43,721 bases of DNA from Limisphaerales bacterium (GCA_044225505.1 JBGAIN010000010.1:62001-105721); one strand, 5' to 3'. Counted from the first letter of the stretch, positions 7,871 through 16,531 are shown. Numbers and translations are program-made. The notes: generated by a model from the sequence alone, not told the origin.

Positions 7871-9331
7871 ATGAATACGCTGTTCCTACACCTCACCGCC
7901 CGGATCATTCGCGCTGTGGCTATCGGCGCGCTCGCGTGGCCTGTGCTTGCGCAGGCCGGATTCACCCTCAAGGAAATGTCCCCCCAGACAAAAGCTTGCG
8001 TAGCCTGTCACAAGCAGGAGAGCAGCGCGGTCTACGGACAATGGGGAAGCAGCAAACATTACCGCGCCAACGTCGGCTGCTTTGAATGCCACGCTGCGGA
8101 CCGCGCGGACAAAGACGCTTATGAACATCACGGCGAGACGATCGCCACGATCGTGACGCCGAAAGATTGCGCGCGCTGCCACGAGCATGAAGTGGCCGAG
8201 TTCAATTCATCGCATCATTCCAAGGGAGCTCGAATTCTCGGGTCGCTCGATAACGTCTTGGCCGAGGTTGTCGAAGGAAACCGCGGGTTCAAGACCACCG
8301 CGTTTCCGCATGGCGTCTCGGCGGCCGCGGTCAACGGTTGCTGGCAATGCCATGGTGGCGAAGTGAAGCTGTTGGAGACGGGCCGCCCGGATCCTGCAAC
8401 CTGGCCGAACACGGGCATCGGTCGGCTTAATCCTGACGGAAGCGAGGGAGCGTGCACCGCATGCCATAGCCGGCACCAGTTCTCCGCGGCCCAGGCGCGC
8501 ACTCCGGATACCTGTGGCAAATGCCATATGGGACCGGACCACCCGCAAATCGAGATTTATAACGAATCCAAGCATGGCATCGCGTATCACGCGCAAGTCG
8601 ACAAGATGAAACTCGACAACGAGAAATGGGTCGTGGGCGAGGATTACAACGCCGCTCCCACGTGCGCTACCTGCCACATGAGCGCCACCAAAGACCAGCC
8701 CGTGACCCACGATGTGGGCATGCGAATTTCCTGGAATAACCGGCCGGAAATCTCTGTTCGTCCTGAGGTGTCCGATGGGAAATTGGGGCTCCCGGGTAAG
8801 GATGTTCCCTGGCAAAAGCGGCGGGCGAACATGGTGAATGTCTGCCTGAACTGCCACAACCAGAACTTCGTGAATGCGTTCTACGAACAGTATGATGGAT
8901 TGATCGATCTTTATCACAGCAAGTTCGCGCAACCGGGCCTGGCGCTTTATGAAGCGGCCGGTCCGTTGCTTCGGCCCGCCAAATTCTCCAACAAGATCGA
9001 TTTCTCCTGGTATGAAATCTGGCATCACGAAGGCCGACGGGCGCGGCATGGCGTCTCGATGATGGGACCGGACTACACCCATTGGCATGGCACCTACGAA
9101 GTCGCGAAGCATTTCTACACAGAATACATCCCGGAGCTGCAAGAGTTAGCGGAGCGTAACCTAAATTCGACCGACGCGGCCAGGAAAGCCGCCGCCGAGA
9201 AGTTGAGTGAACTGTTGGATAAGACGCTCAATGCGCCCAACCACCAGTGGTATCTCAATAAACTCGATCCGCAAGAGAAAGCCTTGCGCGACCAACAGCG
9301 CAAAGAATTCCTGCAACGCTACGGTAAATAG
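7871..9331 (+). CDS. hao: Octaheme cytochrome c of the hydroxylamine oxidoreductase (HAO) family, reductive (epsilonHao-like) type
   Basis: Signal peptide; eight CxxCH (CVACH, CFECH, CARCH, CWQCH, CTACH, CGKCH, CATCH, CLNCH); HAO hallmarks CHSRHQFS, CHMGPDH (Asp-His pair), ESKHG, APTCATCHM and WHHEGRRARHG-SMMGPDYTHWHG. Confidence 0.92.
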   Translation: MNTLFLHLTARIIRAVAIGALAWPVLAQAGFTLKEMSPQTKACVACHKQESSAVYGQWGSSKHYRANVGCFECHAADRADKDAYEHHGETIATIVTPKDCARCHEHEVAEFNSSHHSKGARILGSLDNVLAEVVEGNRGFKTTAFPHGVSAAAVNGCWQCHGGEVKLLETGRPDPATWPNTGIGRLNPDGSEGACTACHSRHQFSAAQARTPDTCGKCHMGPDHPQIEIYNESKHGIAYHAQVDKMKLDNEKWVVGEDYNAAPTCATCHMSATKDQPVTHDVGMRISWNNRPEISVRPEVSDGKLGLPGKDVPWQKRRANMVNVCLNCHNQNFVNAFYEQYDGLIDLYHSKFAQPGLALYEAAGPLLRPAKFSNKIDFSWYEIWHHEGRRARHGVSMMGPDYTHWHGTYEVAKHFYTEYIPELQELAERNLNSTDAARKAAAEKLSELLDKTLNAPNHQWYLNKLDPQEKALRDQQRKEFLQRYGK

Positions 9332-9374
9332 CGTCCGGCCAGCGCTAACTCAACCAAGCGCGGAGGGCCATCCT

Positions 9375-9956
9375 ATGCCAGATCTCACCGCCGAACAGAT
9401 CCGCCGCCTTTCCACGGCCGAGTTGGTCGCTTTGGGCGAAGATAGCCTGCGGAATACGCTCCGGGACCAGGCCATTCAAGCGCACCAGAAACACGACCTG
9501 CGCTCGCCGCAAGGGCTGGAAGCGCTGTTGCGCGATCCCGATTGCGTTCGTTTCCCCACACGCCTGGCGTTTGAGTTCGGCGAAATGGCCCCGCACCAGT
9601 TCGCTCAACCGGACTTGGATTACCGCTGTCCCGACGAGGACGGGCGCGTGCTTTACCTTCGACCGATCCTGCGGGATCGGCCGGAGGAGATAGCGCTGGC
9701 GGTGGCCTACATGCTGCCCGTGATTAACTACGGCGAGCTCATTCGAGATGAGCATTGCTGCCTCTATGGATCGACTCTGCTCGGACTGATGGAAAGCGAG
9801 TTTTGCGAACGTATCGCGGCACTCGCGGATTTGGTCGGAGCGGAAGTCCGCTATCTGGAACAGGCGCCCGCGCGCTGTCCATCCGTCTCTCTCGAAGGCC
9901 CTCTGGAAGTCCCGGAGTTGGCCGTGAATCCTAACCCCCAACTAGTTCCGTTATGA
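9375..9956 (+). CDS. Uncharacterised cytoplasmic protein in the octaheme operon
   Basis: GGAGG RBS at 9362 and ATG at 9375; 193 aa; no signal peptide; ATGA overlap with the next gene. Confidence 0.8.
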   Translation: MPDLTAEQIRRLSTAELVALGEDSLRNTLRDQAIQAHQKHDLRSPQGLEALLRDPDCVRFPTRLAFEFGEMAPHQFAQPDLDYRCPDEDGRVLYLRPILRDRPEEIALAVAYMLPVINYGELIRDEHCCLYGSTLLGLMESEFCERIAALADLVGAEVRYLEQAPARCPSVSLEGPLEVPELAVNPNPQLVPL

Positions 9957-11404
9957 GTCTCCGTTTGTCGGTTCCTTTCTTGTGCAGTGTCGTGGCCTGG
10001 GCCGCTGCTGCCCAAACCCCCTCTGTCCCCGCGGTGTCCAGTCCGCCCCCGCCGAGCGCCGGTCTGATGAACGACTGGTTGCGGCAGCAAATGCCAGAAC
10101 TCAACGCGTGGGATTTGGGCGGCCAGGTGCGGATGCGCTTCGAAGACCGTGAGCGGTTCGTTGTCCCGGGCCTGCGCCCTACCGCGGTCGACTTCCGCAA
10201 CGTGAGCGGTGCGGATAACGCTTACCTGTTGCTGCGCGAGAAGATTCATCTCGGTTACACGCCAACCGAGTGGTTGACGCTTTATGCCGAGGCGCGGGAC
10301 AGTTCGAGCTATTGGGACCGTCGTTACCCCCATCCGGAATCGGATCGGCTCGATCTGCACCAGGGCTTTGTCACATTGGGAGATCCCAAAGCCTTCCCGC
10401 TCACGGCCAAGATCGGGCGTCAGGAGCTCTCTTACGGCGATGAGCGGCTTATTGGTGCGTTCGATTGGAACAATCTGGGCCGGGCCTTTGACGCCGCCAA
10501 ACTCCGCTGGCAAGAGAAGGACTATTGGATAGACGCCTTCGCGGGCCGCGTGATCATTCCGGATAACGAGCACTTCAATGTGCCGAACGATTACGACCTC
10601 TTTTCCGGTATCTATTCCTCCACGCGCGTGTTGATTCCGAAGCAGGAAACACAGCTCTATTTCCTGGCTCGCAACGTGGGGCACGAATCTCCGAACGCGC
10701 TGGGCAGTAACTTGCCGGGCTTTATGACTGGCGCATCGCCCCGGGATATCTACACGCTCGGGCTCCGCATCAAATCGCTGCCTGGGGAATGGGGTGGGTG
10801 GGACTACGACGCCGAACTGGTCGGTCAACTCGGGAACTTTTACACCTCAGCAACCCACCGTCGGCTGGATCACCAAGCCTTCGCCGGACATGTTGCGGGC
10901 GGTTATACCTGGCTGAAACAACCGGGCAGCCCCCGACTCGGCTTGGAATACAACTACGCGACCGGGGATAGTGATTCCACGGATGGCCGTCACGAGACGT
11001 TCGAAAACCTGTTTCCCACAAATCACAAGTTCTATGGCTACATGGATTTCGCCTCCTGGCAAAACCTCCATAACGCCCGGCTCTCGGCGTCGGTGAAGCC
11101 GTGGAAGAAGCTGACCATCACCGGGGATTATCACGCGTTTTGGCTGGCCGATACCCACGACTCTTTCTATCAGGCTAACGGCGCCGGTCGGGCGAGCGGC
11201 GGGTATGGGTTGCACCCGGATGCCGGAAGTTTCGCCGGCACCGAATTGGATGTGATCGCAACGTACACCGTTGCGTCTTACCTGGCGTTTCAGGGCGGAT
11301 ACGGCCACTTCTTCTTTGGCGATTACGTCCGAGACACCTTAAACCCGGTCGGCGGCGCCAGCGACGCGAACTGGGTCTATCTGCAAATGACGTTCACGTT
11401 CTGA
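9953..11404 (+). CDS. Alginate-export (AlgE-like) family outer-membrane beta-barrel
   Basis: Signal peptide; GGQVRMRFE, DLHQGF, KIGRQELSYGDERLIG..DWNN.GRAFDA, FENLFPTNHKFYGYMD and GTELD motifs; C-terminal aromatic beta-signal YLQMTFTF. Confidence 0.88.
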   Translation: MSLRLSVPFLCSVVAWAAAAQTPSVPAVSSPPPPSAGLMNDWLRQQMPELNAWDLGGQVRMRFEDRERFVVPGLRPTAVDFRNVSGADNAYLLLREKIHLGYTPTEWLTLYAEARDSSSYWDRRYPHPESDRLDLHQGFVTLGDPKAFPLTAKIGRQELSYGDERLIGAFDWNNLGRAFDAAKLRWQEKDYWIDAFAGRVIIPDNEHFNVPNDYDLFSGIYSSTRVLIPKQETQLYFLARNVGHESPNALGSNLPGFMTGASPRDIYTLGLRIKSLPGEWGGWDYDAELVGQLGNFYTSATHRRLDHQAFAGHVAGGYTWLKQPGSPRLGLEYNYATGDSDSTDGRHETFENLFPTNHKFYGYMDFASWQNLHNARLSASVKPWKKLTITGDYHAFWLADTHDSFYQANGAGRASGGYGLHPDAGSFAGTELDVIATYTVASYLAFQGGYGHFFFGDYVRDTLNPVGGASDANWVYLQMTFTF

Positions 11405-11560
11405 GGCCAGGTACCGGGTCGTCATGCGGTCGGTCGATCTGGTGCTCGCGGGTGTGCTATCCGTCCCTGTGATTCGGACAGGGGACAGCGGTGTCGACCG
11501 GTTGGATGCGAAGGCTGAGGCCGCGTATTCCGCGGTAGCGACGCCAAGGGTTGCGCGATT

Positions 11561-12457
11561 TCACCGCCTTGAGTCCGCCAGAACAGCGCGGATCCGATCC
11601 TTGACCGTCTCCCAGTGTTTCGACTCTGGAAATAGGAATCCGAAATGCCCGGCCTCTTCGAGATTTACCACGTGCACGTCGTCTCCTTTGGAGCGCGCTT
11701 CGTCTTCATAGACCGAGACTTGTTCTTTAATCCCGGCGAGCAGGGCGCCGACGATAATCTCTTGCCGCACTCCAAGCGGGAGGAAGGCATTCGCGGATGC
11801 GGCTGCATACCGGTCTGGATATTCATCAGGAGATCCACCGAGAAACTCTCGAATCACCGGGCCACAGAAATGTTTCTCCAGGTAAGGCTCAGCCCCCTTC
11901 AGGTCGAGCGGCCCGTCCAGATCGATGGCTGCGAAAATGGGCAGAGCCTCCTTTTTATAGAGTGAGTTCGCCTGAGGCAGCTTCGGCCGGGCTGCCGCCC
12001 AAAACGCAAGTTGTCCTCCCGATGAATGACCGAGGATAATGACTCGCCGAAGATTTAGGGAGTGCTTTTCTGAAATGGTGCGCAAGAAGTCGATGGATTC
12101 ACCGATATCGTGGAACGTTCCGGGCCACCCTCCGCCAGGATTGCCGCTGCGACGATATTCGACGTTCCAGGTCGCGAGACCGGAATCGGTCAACGCCGCC
12201 GCGATGGGCCTGAGCAAATCTAACGAAGTCGCTCTCGGGTCCAAGCCATGGATTTGCGCCTTCCAACAGCCGCCGTGTAAGAGAATCACGATCGGATGGG
12301 GTCCTGGCCCTTTCGGAAGCCGCAATTCTCCGTAATTGAGCTCGGTCGGGCCGTAGGAGAGACGGTGGTCTGGCGCTGGCACGTCCTGTTTCAGGAGTTG
12401 GAGGGGGGATTGGGCGAACGCTGTGACGAGCGAAAGGAAGATAAGGGAGAATCTCAT
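11561..12457 (-). CDS. Secreted alpha/beta hydrolase (esterase/lipase, HGG-type)
   Basis: Signal peptide, HGGCW oxyanion motif, NVEYRR, GHSSGG nucleophile elbow and a C-terminal AGHF. Confidence 0.88.
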   Translation of the reverse strand: MRFSLIFLSLVTAFAQSPLQLLKQDVPAPDHRLSYGPTELNYGELRLPKGPGPHPIVILLHGGCWKAQIHGLDPRATSLDLLRPIAAALTDSGLATWNVEYRRSGNPGGGWPGTFHDIGESIDFLRTISEKHSLNLRRVIILGHSSGGQLAFWAAARPKLPQANSLYKKEALPIFAAIDLDGPLDLKGAEPYLEKHFCGPVIREFLGGSPDEYPDRYAAASANAFLPLGVRQEIIVGALLAGIKEQVSVYEDEARSKGDDVHVVNLEEAGHFGFLFPESKHWETVKDRIRAVLADSRR

Positions 12458-12550
12458 CGCGCATAGAATAGCGGGGCGATGTCCAGTCTGCCAGTCGTCA
12501 GACAGGGTGTCAGCGAGGCCGACGGCCGCCGGAATTCCTGTGAGTTCATC

Positions 12551-12657
12551 GGCGCGCGGGGTTCAACCCGCAGGAACGTACTCGTTGCGAGTCGGGAACG
12601 GATTAATCTCGGTGCCACCACCCAAATCAGGCTCCCTACGGATGGATTCCGCCCTCC
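12551..12657. repeat. ~107-bp REPIN/MITE-like element, copy 1 (related to 37414-37521)
   Basis: GGCGCGCGGGGTTCAACCCGCAGGAA ... CCCTACGGATGGATTCCGCCCTCC. It shares end architecture, internal AATCTCGGT and CCCAA, and length with the copy at 37414. Confidence 0.6.
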
Positions 12658-12704
12658 CATCAATATTGGTGAGGTATTTAAAGCGCATGCTTCTGCTCGC
12701 TCGC

Positions 12705-13517
12705 TCACCTTATGGCGGACGATCTGGCTGCGGCTTCTTGTGCAACGTTTCGCACGGCATTGATGACCAGTTGAGGTTCGCTGAAAACGATGCCGTGGCC
12801 GGAGTTCGTGGTGACGAGGTGATGCGCTTGCGGGAACGCGCGGAGCCAGCGTTGGTGGGCTCCGACCCATTCTGGGAGCAGCCGTTGGAGCAACGGACCG
12901 CCCGGCTGCGCGGCCGAGATCAAAGTAATCGGGACCGAGGGCAAAGAGGTCTGCGACGCTTGATCCAGCGACGGCCATTGGCTTCCCCATTCGTCTTGGC
13001 GGGCCCGGTCCGCTTCCGAAACGACGTTCAGCCATGGGAAACGTCGATTGAGCCAAGCCATAAACTCTTCCTGTGCTGGATCGACAAACACCATGCCCGC
13101 GACTTCGGTCGGGAATCGGTCCGCGAAGACGCGGATGTACGGGCCGCCGAACGAATACCCAACGAGCACGTAGGGCGGAGGCACCCCGGCGTTTTGTAAA
13201 GCCGCATGCAGCTCCTGCACGATCTGGCTGGCGACGCGAGGTTTCGGGCCGGGCTGGGATCCCCAATACCCTGCGTGATCGTAGGCAACGACCGTGGCAA
13301 AGCGAGCGATACCAGGCTGGATCCGGTTCCAAGTTTCGAGCGATGCGGGTCCGAACGTCTCCAGAATGACCGCAGGCGATCCGTGACCTTGGATCCGCAT
13401 GCGGAGTTGAGGGGCACCGGCGGAAACCCAGACCGGCATGGCGCGCGAGGCGGCGATGGCCAGAGCGGTGGCCAAGAGAGAGACGCTGCAGGCAAAGATT
13501 CGCAAGGCCAGTTTCAT
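12705..13517 (-). CDS. Secreted alpha/beta hydrolase
   Basis: Start at MKLALR (ATGA overlap with the permease stop); YDHAGYWGS, GYSFGG elbow, VFVDP and SGHGI motifs. Confidence 0.85.
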   Translation of the reverse strand: MKLALRIFACSVSLLATALAIAASRAMPVWVSAGAPQLRMRIQGHGSPAVILETFGPASLETWNRIQPGIARFATVVAYDHAGYWGSQPGPKPRVASQIVQELHAALQNAGVPPPYVLVGYSFGGPYIRVFADRFPTEVAGMVFVDPAQEEFMAWLNRRFPWLNVVSEADRARQDEWGSQWPSLDQASQTSLPSVPITLISAAQPGGPLLQRLLPEWVGAHQRWLRAFPQAHHLVTTNSGHGIVFSEPQLVINAVRNVAQEAAARSSAIR

Positions 13518-15205
13518 GAGCGCGTGCGATTGCTGGCCAAGGAGAGAATCGCCAAGGCTGGGCCGGCAAGCGGAACCCAAAGGAGACAGACCAGCCAAAG
13601 CGAGAGTTTTAGCCAGGCGGTGTTCTCGCACGCAATGGCTACGAGCGCCGCGGGCACGGCGGTCGCCACGCTCCAGGCTGCGAGATACATCGCAATGAGC
13701 TGGCTGGACAGGAATTGTTGGCGATGCACTCGTTCCCAGAGCGAAGCTGCCGCGATCATTTTGGCAATAACCGTCACGGCCAAGATGGTGGGCAGATGCG
13801 CGACGAACGGCCAGAAGCGGTGCAGTCGAGAGGGAGCATCGGTGTCCGGGTCACTCGTGATCAAATAGGTCAAACCTCCCGCGAGAAGAATGACCGTGAA
13901 CGAGTTTTGGAGGTAGAACCAACCCCGTTTTCCGGAGAGCCCTGTGGCCAGGCCGCCCACGAGGAATCGCCAGGTCAAGAGGATGGCTGTGGCTAGCCCG
14001 AGCCCAACGAGGCCGACTTGCTCGGGGCCCGTGTAGAAGAAGCGGATGGCTTCCAGCGGTTCGTCGAATGCTTGGAAGTCGCCCTGGTAAATCATCCACA
14101 GGATCGCGGTCGCCAGGACGATCAGCCACGCGACAACGGCGCTTCCCATGGCCACGGTCAACTTACTCAAAACCCACATCCCGGGCGGCACCGGCCGGAT
14201 GGCCTGGAACGGAGCCACTCCCAGTCCGGGCTTCCAAAAATCAGGTTTGGCAAAGCCGCGTCCGAGGATCAGCGCGAGGAGGAGGGGACAGCAGCCGAGC
14301 CCCAGCAGGACGGCGCGGGTTCCGCGGGCGCCGACCGGACCGGACAGCGCGGTCGGAATGCAGACCATCGCGAGGATGACCACGACGCAAAGAGGGAGGA
14401 TGCAGCCTGTCCCTCGCCATTCTTGCCAAAGGATGGCGTGCCACGTCGAGCGAAAGGGCTGGGTCCGGTGAAACACCCGGCCGATCCAGTCCAGGTAAAC
14501 CTGGATTCCGAACCTTCCGCGACGCGGCGGGCGGTGGCGTTGCTGGCGGATGCGATGCACGCCGAAGCCATAGGCAGCCGGCGTGAGCAAACTGACGGTC
14601 GCGAGCAGGTAACGCATGAATACCCCGGGATCCCCCTCGTACCCCCAATCGCTCAGCGTTCCTTCGACCACGTGCGGCAGAAAGAACATCCAAGCCATGA
14701 GAATGAACGTGGCGGAAACGCTCAGACAGATCAGTTTGGCGTATCGATTCTCGGGGAATGACCAAAGCGTCGTCTGGAATTGAACCAGCCCAAAGACAAG
14801 ATAAACGCAGGGCCAGAGGATCGGAAGAGTGGTGCCCAAGGGACGGAAGACCAGCAGCGCGACGCTCAGGTAAACGAGGGCCACGACCGCAGCTCCGTAG
14901 ATCATCGGGAGCGCGACGAGGTGTGGTGTGGAAACGGGCAACTTGAAAAGCCGGACAGGAAAGCTGCCGAAGCCGGCCTTGCGTTGACCTTCCGTGAAAT
15001 GGAAGGCGCCAAAGACCAGGATCAGCATGAACCCCAGGGCCGTGTACGCGGTCGATTCCACCAGCGGCTTCCAAGGATGATTTGGCCCTAGCATCCGGCC
15101 GGCAATGCTGCCGCTCAGAATCCCGGCCATGACGCCAGAGAGGCCGATGCGGTGTTGACGCCAGATCTCCCAGGCAATCGCGACGGCTGGCGACGTCAAT
15201 TTCAT
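13514..15205 (-). CDS. ABC transporter permease-like polytopic membrane protein (internally duplicated)
   Basis: 563 aa with many TM segments; two halves begin AIAWEIWR and AILWQEWR; translationally coupled to the ABC ATPase. Confidence 0.75.
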   Translation of the reverse strand: MKLTSPAVAIAWEIWRQHRIGLSGVMAGILSGSIAGRMLGPNHPWKPLVESTAYTALGFMLILVFGAFHFTEGQRKAGFGSFPVRLFKLPVSTPHLVALPMIYGAAVVALVYLSVALLVFRPLGTTLPILWPCVYLVFGLVQFQTTLWSFPENRYAKLICLSVSATFILMAWMFFLPHVVEGTLSDWGYEGDPGVFMRYLLATVSLLTPAAYGFGVHRIRQQRHRPPRRGRFGIQVYLDWIGRVFHRTQPFRSTWHAILWQEWRGTGCILPLCVVVILAMVCIPTALSGPVGARGTRAVLLGLGCCPLLLALILGRGFAKPDFWKPGLGVAPFQAIRPVPPGMWVLSKLTVAMGSAVVAWLIVLATAILWMIYQGDFQAFDEPLEAIRFFYTGPEQVGLVGLGLATAILLTWRFLVGGLATGLSGKRGWFYLQNSFTVILLAGGLTYLITSDPDTDAPSRLHRFWPFVAHLPTILAVTVIAKMIAAASLWERVHRQQFLSSQLIAMYLAAWSVATAVPAALVAIACENTAWLKLSLWLVCLLWVPLAGPALAILSLASNRTRS

Positions 15206-16134
15206 GAGGCCTTAAGAATGGGCGCGAGCGAGTCCGGCGCGGCGTGGGCGACGAAGATCTCGTCCAGGGAAGGAACCTGTTCCGACACCACTGTAGCGCC
15301 GATAGCAGCGGCTGCGGCGGCGACTTTGGCGGGCTCCGCCTGACAGAGAGCGGTCCAGTCCCGGCCGAGTCCCCGGAGTTGGAGTGCTCCCGCGAGTTTG
15401 GGGGGAGCGGTGGGGGCTTGGGCAAAACGCAATCGGACCTGGCGGTGGGCTTGCTTGAGATCGTCCAGGCGTCCTGTGAGAACGACTCGGCCTTGCCGGA
15501 TCATTGCCACCTGGTCGGAGACGCGTTCGATTTCGTCGAGGAGATGGGATGAAAAGAAAACGGTCCTGCCTTCGTCCGCCACAGCGCGAATAATGGCTTC
15601 GAGAATGTCGCGTCGGACGATCGGATCTAAACCGGAACTTGGTTCATCCAACACCAACAGGTCCGGTCGAAACGCCAAGGCGAGAGCCAGTCCAGCCTTG
15701 GCTTGCTGGCCTTGCGAAAGGTCTCGTGCCCGGGTGTTGGCATCGAGTCCTAATTGCTGTTGCAGTTCCGCCGCGTAAGATTCGTCCCACGTAGGATAAA
15801 ACGCGGCGGTGTAGCGAAAGAGTTCCCCGACGCGCATCCACCCTGGCAAATCGCGCTGTTCCGAGAGGTAACCGACCCGGCTGAGCACCTTGACCGAGTC
15901 CTTGATCGGGTCTCGGTCAAAGACACGGACGGTTCCGGATTCGGCTTGGAGGAAACCTAGGATATGCTTGATCAGGGTGGTTTTGCCTGCGCCATTCTCG
16001 CCGACTAATCCGAACACGCCACCGCGCGGCACGTGCAGATTTACTTCCTCCAGCGCTTGTTTGGAACCGAACCGGCGAGAGAGCGCGGTAATGCTGATGA
16101 CCGCCGAATTGGACGATGGCGACGGAAAGTTCAT
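15202..16134 (-). CDS. ABC-2-type transporter ATP-binding protein (YtrB-like)
   Basis: GENGAGKTT, LSQGQ, LVLDEPSSGLDP, SSHLLDEIERV and SLDEIF motifs. Confidence 0.92.
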   Translation of the reverse strand: MNFPSPSSNSAVISITALSRRFGSKQALEEVNLHVPRGGVFGLVGENGAGKTTLIKHILGFLQAESGTVRVFDRDPIKDSVKVLSRVGYLSEQRDLPGWMRVGELFRYTAAFYPTWDESYAAELQQQLGLDANTRARDLSQGQQAKAGLALALAFRPDLLVLDEPSSGLDPIVRRDILEAIIRAVADEGRTVFFSSHLLDEIERVSDQVAMIRQGRVVLTGRLDDLKQAHRQVRLRFAQAPTAPPKLAGALQLRGLGRDWTALCQAEPAKVAAAAAAIGATVVSEQVPSLDEIFVAHAAPDSLAPILKAS

Positions 16135-16520
16135 CGGCTGTTCGAGTCCATACGTTCCCGCCGGGTGCGGACGATTTCCAGGAGTTCATCCATCTCAACT
16201 CCGAGCTGCTTGGCCTCAGTCAGGAGGGCGTCGACGCGTTCGGAGAGAATCCGTTGGCGCTGCCGCTTGCTCACGAGCGGAGGATTGCTCGCCACGAACG
16301 TGCCCCAACCTTGTCTCTTGACCACGATCCCGGCGCGTTCAAGTTCGAGATAAGCGCGAGCCACGGTGTTGGGATTGATCACGAGTTGCTCGGCCAAAAC
16401 GCGGATCGGCGGGATTTCCTCGTCCGGCGCGAGTTGTTCGGATGCGACGAGATATTTGATCTGATTCACGATCTGCAGATAGAGCGGTGTGCCTGACGCG
16501 GGCTGGATTTCGACGTGCAC
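16131..16520 (-). CDS. GntR-family transcriptional regulator, YtrA subfamily
   Basis: 129 aa; PLYLQI, PPIRVLAEQLVINPNTVARAYLELE and GWGTFV motifs with a short C-terminal domain; heads an ABC operon. Confidence 0.93.
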   Translation of the reverse strand: MHVEIQPASGTPLYLQIVNQIKYLVASEQLAPDEEIPPIRVLAEQLVINPNTVARAYLELERAGIVVKRQGWGTFVASNPPLVSKRQRQRILSERVDALLTEAKQLGVEMDELLEIVRTRRERMDSNSR

Positions 16521-16531
16521 GATAGGATCAC

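Noticed and set aside
7871..9331. Evidence for nitrification or anammox (oxidative HAO/HDH)
   Set aside because: The cross-link Tyr position appears to be Trp; no cycA/cycB/haoB or amo genes are adjacent; the operon is behind an FNR-type box and coupled to a quinol-oxidising module.
8207..10828. Antisense ORFs 8207-9142 and 9851-10828
   Set aside because: Mirror frames of the octaheme and beta-barrel genes with no recognisable motifs.
9953..11404. Alginate biosynthesis locus
   Set aside because: No glycosyltransferase, epimerase, acetylase or sugar-nucleotide genes nearby.
11405..11560. Hairpin GTCCCTGT...ACAGGGGAC between convergent genes as a riboswitch or ncRNA
   Set aside because: Short imperfect stem in a 3'-3' gap with no recognisable family motif.
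12454..15425. Long alternative ORFs (12454-13569 minus, 14241-15425 minus, 12423-13199 plus, 14018-14761 plus)
   Set aside because: Arg/Pro/Ser-rich shadow frames overlapping well-supported genes, as expected in high-GC DNA.
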